A stretch of 64,000 nucleotides of DNA from a virus: positions 96,001 to 160,000 of the IMG/VR virus record IMGVR_UViG_3300028827_000129. The stretch is one strand, 5' to 3'. Under the pieces are notes generated by a model. That model was not told the DNA's origin and did not search any database. It saw only the letters and a program-made list of their open reading frames with translations. Position numbers and translations under genes: made by a program. Numbering within the stretch: position 1 is the first letter of the stretch; each line of letters starts with the position of its first letter. Positions 58,476 through 64,000 of this stretch are shown piece by piece.

Positions 58476-59113
58476 AAAAGATTAAACTTTATTTATCTAG
58501 CGGAGATTTTACTTATAGTGACATTGCTTCGTTACTTGGGAGGTCAACAGCTGGGATAAGGGCGTTATGTAGTAAGAAAGGTTGGACCGGCCTTGCAAAG
58601 CGTTTAGATTCAAAAGGCAATGTATCTTTGTATAATATTTTAAAAAAGATATTGCCATTTACAAGAATCGAAAAAGAATATCATATAGGGGAGAGGTTGA
58701 GACTTGATATATATATCCCGGATTATAAGATTGGTTGGGAAGTACAAGGCATCCAGCATTATAAATCAATACAATATTTTCACAAAGACGAAGATGCGTT
58801 TGATAAGCAAATTGCAAGAGATAGAAGAAAAAATCAATTATGTAAAAAACAAGGGATAATTTTAGTAAATATAGAACCTTCAGACATAACATATGATAAT
58901 ATTAAAAATATATTAAACGGAATATTGGAGGAGTACAGTGAAGATTGTTTGGAAGAAAGTGTTCGAGAGAATAGGATTGACGATAAGTCTTCAAGCAATT
59001 GGAAAGATATTGCGAAGGCTAACAGGAAGAAGTACATGAGAGGCTTTTATGAAAAAGCAAGGGAATATAGAAAAGAACAATATAGAAAGTGGAAGCATTC
59101 AAGAAATAAATAG
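58448..59113 (+). CDS. HTH plus Vsr/DUF559-like endonuclease
   Basis: YTEEE...YSDIASLLGRSTAGIR (HTH) and RLDIYIPDYKIGWEVQGIQHY...RDRRKNQLC. Confidence 0.75.
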   Translation: MGRYTEEELEKIKLYLSSGDFTYSDIASLLGRSTAGIRALCSKKGWTGLAKRLDSKGNVSLYNILKKILPFTRIEKEYHIGERLRLDIYIPDYKIGWEVQGIQHYKSIQYFHKDEDAFDKQIARDRRKNQLCKKQGIILVNIEPSDITYDNIKNILNGILEEYSEDCLEESVRENRIDDKSSSNWKDIAKANRKKYMRGFYEKAREYRKEQYRKWKHSRNK

Positions 59114-59525
59114 AAGTGTAAGGTTTTTTTTAGATATTGCACCTAAAGCCCAAGGGCGTCCAAGAGCTGCTGTAATAAAAGGGAGGGCTGTTATTTACGA
59201 TCCTCCAACTTCCCGGAAATACAAGCAGCTTGTAAGAGAGAAATTAGAGGAGGTGGCCCCGGAGGAGAAATTCTCCGGGGCCATAGCAGTTAACTTTGTT
59301 TTTCATATGCCCATACCAAAATATTTAAAAAACAAAGTTAAACACGGAGAGCCTCATTTAGTTAAGCCAGATTTGGACAATTTAATAAAAGCAGTAAAAG
59401 ATGCATTGACTGGCACAATTATCGTAGACGATAAGGCAATTTATTGCTATAAAAAGGATACAAAAAAAATTTATAGCAATACACCTGGTATAGAGGTATT
59501 TGTCACAGAACTCACCAACTACTAA
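59049..59525 (+). CDS. rusA: RusA-family Holliday junction resolvase
   Basis: PKAQGRPR and KPDLDNLIKAVKDAL..IIVDDKAI. Confidence 0.9.
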   Translation: MKKQGNIEKNNIESGSIQEINRSVRFFLDIAPKAQGRPRAAVIKGRAVIYDPPTSRKYKQLVREKLEEVAPEEKFSGAIAVNFVFHMPIPKYLKNKVKHGEPHLVKPDLDNLIKAVKDALTGTIIVDDKAIYCYKKDTKKIYSNTPGIEVFVTELTNY

Positions 59526-60339
59526 AATATACAGAAAAGGGGTGATCAAAATTTTAGATACTCAGATCTACACAAAAGAGCAATTACTCTCCCATAGAAA
59601 ACTTGGCTATAAAACACTTAATGAGTTAATAGCCAATTATCAAAAAGATATTGCCAAAGGCATAGAACAAAGTCCATATCTTGACCAAATAATGATCCAG
59701 TTTCATGGATACATTGAAAAATATGTAGACATTTTACATTATAAAGGCGCGAATATTGATTATACAAACATGGACACTCGTAAATTTATCTCCTTATTTT
59801 CTGCCGAAGATGCAGCTGGTACAACTTTAAAAGCTAAAAGAGCGCAGCTTGTCAGGTTAACTGAATCATTGTCTGATGTTGATATATATAATGAGTTGGT
59901 TGCTATATTTATAAAAATCATTCAAAGATACGACAGTAGTAAAAATGTTAATGCACAAGGTTTTGTAATTACACAATTTAGATGGCGAGTTAAAGATTGG
60001 GTGCTTCGACTAAAGAGGCACGTTAACCACCTTGATGTCGATATTGATACCGCAGAATACAACCCAGAGTTTTTTCATATATTTGCTAAAAGTGATAAAG
60101 CAGTGCAAGGTGACGCTTCTTTAATAAGCGATCTAAATATTAGATGGCTAGATGACCCAGGCAATGAAGCTTTTAAAAAATTATCTAGATATCATCGTTA
60201 TTTATTATTTCTTCGGTATGGCGAAGATATGCCAATGACAGATATTGCAAAGTTTTTTGGTAAAAATAAAGATACGGTTTTCAAACATATAAAAACTGCA
60301 CTTAATTCAATACGTAAATCTATTGGGGAGGAGCGATGA
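59500..60339 (+). CDS. Phage sigma-70-family sigma factor (start uncertain)
   Basis: Region-2-like DIYNELVAIFIKIIQRYD...FVITQFRWRVKDW and region-4 HTH LSRYHRYLLFLRYGEDMPMTDIAKFFGKNKDTVFKHIKTALNSIRK. Confidence 0.75.
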   Translation: MSQNSPTTKIYRKGVIKILDTQIYTKEQLLSHRKLGYKTLNELIANYQKDIAKGIEQSPYLDQIMIQFHGYIEKYVDILHYKGANIDYTNMDTRKFISLFSAEDAAGTTLKAKRAQLVRLTESLSDVDIYNELVAIFIKIIQRYDSSKNVNAQGFVITQFRWRVKDWVLRLKRHVNHLDVDIDTAEYNPEFFHIFAKSDKAVQGDASLISDLNIRWLDDPGNEAFKKLSRYHRYLLFLRYGEDMPMTDIAKFFGKNKDTVFKHIKTALNSIRKSIGEER

Positions 60340-61256
60340 TGTCTGACGATAATATCTTTTTTGATGATATAGCTGGACAAGAAACAGCAATTAAACATTT
60401 AAAAAAGATAGTTGATTGGATAGAACATAGAGAATTGTACGATTATTGGGGCGTCAAAGTATCTAAAGGGTTTTTGATGACAGGTCCGCCTGGTGTCGGT
60501 AAAACAGCTTGTGCTAAGGCTTTAGCGAATGAAAGCAAGGGGTATTTTTTTGAACTAAAATTACAAGATGTATTGTCTAAGTGGGTCGATCAAAATATTG
60601 AAAATCTTAAAGAATTCTTTGAAGAAGTAGAGGAGAAGGCAGAGGATGATGTTGTAATTGTTTTTATTGACGAAATAGATTCAATGATCCCAGAAAGAAC
60701 AATTAGTATTACTGATGGAGATAAAAAGCGCGTTAATACAATCCTGCAATGGCTTTCTAAGGAAGATGATATAAGTAAAAATATTATCGTCATAGGCGCT
60801 ACCAATTATCTAGAAGGGGTTGATTCTGCTGCAAAAAGAGCGAAAAGATTTTCTACAATCATTAAGTTCAATCACTTAAAACCAAAAGATTTAATAGATA
60901 TTTTTAAAATTAATATACGTAAAGCAGAAAAAGAAGCCAACAGAAAGTTGTTTGGCAATATTAATTTTAATAAGCTAGAGATAGCTTTAAAGGATCAAGG
61001 TGCAACTTTTAATGGAGCAGATGCTGCAGAAATTATTAGAATCACATTAGAAAATAAAGTAGCAGAACATATTAAAAGAATTTCGCGCTCAGGCTTAAGT
61101 AAGGAAAAATGTTGCCCTCCTAAAGTTAGAACATCTGAAATTCTACATACTATTAAGACTTATTTTGAAGAAAACAGAGGAGGGGAAAAGCAAAAGGATA
61201 AAGATTTCCTTGGGTTTGCTCCTCCACCTAGAAAGGAGAAGATAATGAATGGCTAG
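60336..61256 (+). CDS. Classical AAA+ ATPase (CDC48/FtsH/ARC-like single ring)
   Basis: FDDIAGQE, Walker A GPPGVGKT, Walker B VFIDEID, sensor GATN and SRH DSAAKRAKRF. Confidence 0.9.
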   Translation: MMSDDNIFFDDIAGQETAIKHLKKIVDWIEHRELYDYWGVKVSKGFLMTGPPGVGKTACAKALANESKGYFFELKLQDVLSKWVDQNIENLKEFFEEVEEKAEDDVVIVFIDEIDSMIPERTISITDGDKKRVNTILQWLSKEDDISKNIIVIGATNYLEGVDSAAKRAKRFSTIIKFNHLKPKDLIDIFKINIRKAEKEANRKLFGNINFNKLEIALKDQGATFNGADAAEIIRITLENKVAEHIKRISRSGLSKEKCCPPKVRTSEILHTIKTYFEENRGGEKQKDKDFLGFAPPPRKEKIMNG

Positions 61257-61962
61257 AAAAAAGGCGGCTAAAAAGGCAAAGGTTAAGGATGATATTAATA
61301 AAATTGCAGAATATTGCATTAATGGTGGGCTAAAACCAAAAACAATAAATCAAAATAAATATTACAAGAGCATGGCCAAAAATACATTAACTTTTGCCTT
61401 GGGAGTAGCTGGCAGTGGCAAAACTGCTTTAGCTGTTGATTTTGCTGTAAAAGCAGTAATGGCAGGAGAACATGATGGCATTATTATTACAAGGCCAGTA
61501 GTAGAAGCTGGTGAAAAATTAGGGTTCTTGCCAGGAACACTTGAAAAGAAAGTTGAACCATATATGAGGCCTATCAAGGACGCGTTGCTAGATATTTTAG
61601 GTCCTAGAATTGCTTATGATTGGATTTTTCAGCATGTAGAAGTCGCTCCTTTAGCTTATATGAGAGGAAGGACATTAAAAAACAAAGTTATTATCTTAGA
61701 TGAGGCGCAAAGTTGTTCAAGAGAACAATTAATTATGTTTCTAACTAGAATAGGAGATAATTCAAAAGTAATCATAACTGCCGACCCAGATCAAATTGAT
61801 TTAAAGTATAAAGAGAATAGTGGCCTAAGTGAAGTTGTTAATACCTTAAAAGGTAAAGAGGAAGTCGGGGTTGTATATTTAACTGATGCCGATGTTCAGC
61901 GTAGTAAAATAGTAAAAATAGTTTTAGATGCTATTCATGAAAACTTTAAAGCTTTAGCATAG
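61249..61962 (+). CDS. phoH: PhoH-family ATPase
   Basis: GVAGSGKT, ITRPVVEAGEKLGFLPG, APLAYMRGRTL, ILDEAQ and FLTRIG. Confidence 0.93.
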   Translation: MARKKAAKKAKVKDDINKIAEYCINGGLKPKTINQNKYYKSMAKNTLTFALGVAGSGKTALAVDFAVKAVMAGEHDGIIITRPVVEAGEKLGFLPGTLEKKVEPYMRPIKDALLDILGPRIAYDWIFQHVEVAPLAYMRGRTLKNKVIILDEAQSCSREQLIMFLTRIGDNSKVIITADPDQIDLKYKENSGLSEVVNTLKGKEEVGVVYLTDADVQRSKIVKIVLDAIHENFKALA

Positions 61963-61984
61963 CTAATATAGTTGGAGGTACTAT

Positions 61985-62101
61985 ATGAAAACATTTATAA
62001 AGGTAGAACTTGTTAAAATAGATTATGCCGGTAATTTCATTCTTGATGTTAAAAAAGATTTTACTTCTTTAGGACCTAAAAGCTCTAATAAATATAATTA
62101 A
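61985..62101 (+). CDS. Small hypothetical protein (38 aa, not in ORF track)
   Basis: GGAGGT RBS before ATG; MKTFIKVELVKIDYAGNFILDVKKDFTSLGPKSSNKYN. Confidence 0.45.
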   Translation: MKTFIKVELVKIDYAGNFILDVKKDFTSLGPKSSNKYN

Positions 62102-62110
62102 TATTTTCTC

Positions 62111-62208
62111 TATACTATATCTTAGATAAGCTCTTTGAGCTATCTTAGGCAGCCCATGGGGCGTCTTTAAATTAATTTAATACTATCCATAGGAGGTATT
62201 AGATTATG
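62111..62208 (+). promoter_or_regulatory. Hsp20 leader: TATACT -10-like box plus three hairpins, the last sequestering SD and AUG (RNA-thermometer-like)
   Basis: 62173-62188 pairs with 62192-62206 (15 bp, 2 G-U, 1 bulge), covering GGAGG and the A of AUG. Confidence 0.6.
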
Positions 62209-62670
62209 CTTATGACAAAGAAGGACAGAGCTTTAGCAGCAAGAGACAACATTTTTCATTACTTTTGGACCGAATTCGATAAGACATTTAATGAATTTTC
62301 AAAGTTGACTGGAGATTTTACAATCACACCATTCGGGAAATCAAGCACACCTAAATTAAATGCTTATGAGCTAGATAACAAATATTATCTTGATTTTTAT
62401 GTCCCGATGGCTACTAAGGATGATGTTAAAGTAGAAATTAAAGATAGAACCTTAAAAGTCGAGGTTAAGTCTACTAACGACGAAAAAGTAAGCAATGACA
62501 AATATTTTTATCGTGAGGTTTCTAGATCTGCCAGTACACGTTATGTTGGTCTTGGGGATGATATTGACCTCGACTCTATTTCTGCAGAATTGAAAGATGG
62601 TGTTTTGAAAATTAGCTTCGATAAAATTTCTAATAATAAAGAAGAAAGTAAAGTAGTTACAGTCAAATAA
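62206..62670 (+). CDS. Small heat-shock protein (Hsp20/alpha-crystallin)
   Basis: PKLNAYELDNKYYLDFYVPMATKDDVKVEI...YREVS...LGDDIDLDSISAELKDGVLKI. Confidence 0.92.
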   Translation: MLMTKKDRALAARDNIFHYFWTEFDKTFNEFSKLTGDFTITPFGKSSTPKLNAYELDNKYYLDFYVPMATKDDVKVEIKDRTLKVEVKSTNDEKVSNDKYFYREVSRSASTRYVGLGDDIDLDSISAELKDGVLKISFDKISNNKEESKVVTVK

Positions 62671-62691
62671 TATTTAGGAGGCTTATATATA

Positions 62692-63144
62692 ATGGCAGGC
62701 ACTTTTAGTACATATCTAGAACAGCAGCTTTTAAATTTAGTTTTCCGCAATACTGCTTATGGGCCTTTAGCAACTACGTATGTTGCTTTGGCCGATGCTT
62801 CAGGTCAAAGTGCTGCTGTAGACAGTTCGGACGGCGATGATATTACGACCACATATGAAATTTCTGTTTTAGGTGGCGGCAACTATGCTCGTCAAGCAGT
62901 AGCATCAACTGACTGGAGCGCTCCAGCAGCAGGTACAGGAAATTTTTCTGAAATTTCTAACAATGTTGAAATTCAATTCCCTCAAGCAAGCTCTGACTGG
63001 GGCACTATCACACATTTTGCTATATATGATGCCCTTACTGCTGGCAACTTGTTGTGTTGGGGTGATTTATCAACAACTAAAACAATCAATACCAATGACA
63101 TTGCATCATTTGGCGTTGGTCAACTAAAAATTAGTTTGGACTAA
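62692..63144 (+). CDS. Small phage virion protein (fibre-anchoring type)
   Basis: FSTYLEQQLLNLVF...YVAL...YARQAV...IQFPQASSDWGTITHFAIYDALTAGNLL, a widespread phage structural motif. Confidence 0.7.
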   Translation: MAGTFSTYLEQQLLNLVFRNTAYGPLATTYVALADASGQSAAVDSSDGDDITTTYEISVLGGGNYARQAVASTDWSAPAAGTGNFSEISNNVEIQFPQASSDWGTITHFAIYDALTAGNLLCWGDLSTTKTINTNDIASFGVGQLKISLD

Positions 63145-63165
63145 TTATATGGCAGCGAATCCATG

Positions 63166-63199
63166 AGAAAAGGCCAGAAGTTTCTGGCCTTTTCTTTCT
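63166..63199 (+). terminator. Intrinsic terminator
   Basis: AGAAAAGGCCAGA-AGTT-TCTGGCCTTTTCT followed by T-rich sequence. Confidence 0.85.
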
Positions 63200-63263
63200 G
63201 TTTTTATAATTCCTTATAATATAAAGAAGAATGTGAATATACAATATTTAGGAGGTTTTAGAA

Positions 63264-63698
63264 ATGGCTTTAGTTTTAGCAGATGTTGGCGCAGATGCCC
63301 TTTTGAATATTATTTTCAATAATGTAAGAGCAGCTGGCGGGAACGATTTTACCTTAAAGTTATTTACTACAAATATTACCCCGGCAGATACCGATACCGC
63401 TGCAACCTATAGTGGCAGTGAAGCTTCTGGTGGCGGTTATGCCGCACAGACTTTAACAAATGGCTCTTGGACTATTACTGCTGCTAATGATCCTTCTGAT
63501 GCTGTACATCCTCAAGTAACATTTACATTTACAGGTCCTTTAACTGGGAATGCAACTATTTATGGCTATTGGGTTGAGGATGCAGACGGGACACTGTTAT
63601 GGGCAGAGCAGCTTTCAACTCCATTTACTCCGGCCAATAATGGAGATCAGCTGAAGATTACTCCAGTTTTCCAGATGTCTAAAGGAACCCCGACCTAA
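63264..63698 (+). CDS. Small phage virion protein, related to 62692-63144
   Basis: LKLFTTN...SEASGGGYAAQTL...TFTFTG...IYGYWV...LLWAEQL; AGGAGG RBS; TTATAATATA at 63214 upstream. Confidence 0.65.
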   Translation: MALVLADVGADALLNIIFNNVRAAGGNDFTLKLFTTNITPADTDTAATYSGSEASGGGYAAQTLTNGSWTITAANDPSDAVHPQVTFTFTGPLTGNATIYGYWVEDADGTLLWAEQLSTPFTPANNGDQLKITPVFQMSKGTPT

Positions 63699-63747
63699 TT
63701 TGGTTAACGTTAAAGAAGTAAAGCTTGGCCACATTAAGTTTGCTTAT

Positions 63748-63783
63748 AGGCCGCCTTCTATTTTAGACGGCGGCCTTATTTTT
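63748..63783 (+). terminator. Hairpin/terminator between paralogous virion genes
   Basis: AGGCCGCC-T-TCTA-TTT-TAGA-C-GGCGGCCT followed by TATTTTT. Confidence 0.65.
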
Positions 63784-63793
63784 GGAGGTTATT

Positions 63794-64000
63794 ATGGTTA
63801 TTTTACCAGATGAAGGCAGGGCAGCTAGAAATAATGACTTATTTAAAAAAACTCACATTGATGCAGATTTAGAGTTGGGTCTGTTTACTAATGATCCATC
63901 AACCTTATCCACATCTACAGTTTATACAGACCTAACTGCGCCTGTCGGCACTGGATATAGTGCCATTACATTGGCTGATGCTAGTGCAGCTGTAGATTCA
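63794..64000 (+). CDS. Paralog of 63264-63698 (3'-truncated by window edge; not in ORF track)
   Basis: GGAGG RBS; MVILPDEGRAARNNDLFKK...LELGLFTND...GTGYSAITL aligns with MALVLADVG...LKLFTTN...GGGYAAQTL. Confidence 0.65.
   Translation, partial: MVILPDEGRAARNNDLFKKTHIDADLELGLFTNDPSTLSTSTVYTDLTAPVGTGYSAITLADASAAVDS

Noticed and set aside
58448-59113. Mobile homing endonuclease call for the HTH-Vsr-like gene
   Set aside because: It overlaps both neighbours like a resident gene and does not interrupt anything, so mobility cannot be supported from the sequence.
2008-62750. Minus-strand and nested short ORFs in the track
   Set aside because: All overlap well-supported plus-strand genes and show no recognisable motifs, so they were treated as shadow ORFs.
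1-64000. Alternative genetic code (stop recoding) as in some large phages
   Set aside because: Genes are full length and tightly packed in code 11, and TAG, TGA and TAA all end genes at junctions (e.g. TAG at 6715 and 12838).
1-64000. tRNA, tmRNA, group I/II introns or a DGR
   Set aside because: Intergenic gaps are short and show no cloverleaf. No reverse transcriptase, split gene or template/variable repeat pair was recognised by eye; tRNAscan/Infernal were not run.

Overview
This is a 64-kb, AT-rich, almost entirely plus-strand segment of a large contractile-tailed (myovirus-type) bacteriophage in the standard genetic code, with strong Shine-Dalgarno use. Gene order: (1) scaffold/prohead protein end, capsid-associated protein and major capsid protein; (2) a phage ribosomal protein bS21; (3) an Ig-like protein and an M15 endolysin plus holin; (4) neck genes, tail sheath, three tail-tube paralogs and two tail assembly chaperones; (5) two very large genes at the tape-measure position; (6) baseplate hub, gp25-like and J-like genes, then about 24 kb of baseplate/fibre genes (SPRY, nidogen-like, FN3, CBM5/12-like modules, a paralogous trio); (7) a replication/regulation block with an intein-containing Cas4-like nuclease, a primase-helicase fusion, a second Cas4-like protein, a Vsr-like nuclease, RusA, a sigma factor, an AAA+ ATPase, PhoH and Hsp20; (8) small paralogous virion genes. 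The top finding is that the 1463-aa protein at the tape-measure locus (16398-20789) carries, in the correct order, recognisable motifs of both double-psi beta-barrels of a two-barrel RNA polymerase (ED, K-x6-K, GKV, KxP, DTDGD, GKITN) between hydrophobic termini, so it is probably an ejected single-chain virion RNA polymerase. Also notable are a ROSE-like RNA thermometer occluding the Hsp20 start, a CTATAATATA motif repeated before structural genes, and a GAAA hairpin with identical arms at two distant sites. All assignments come from motif reading by eye; no database searches or folding programs were run.
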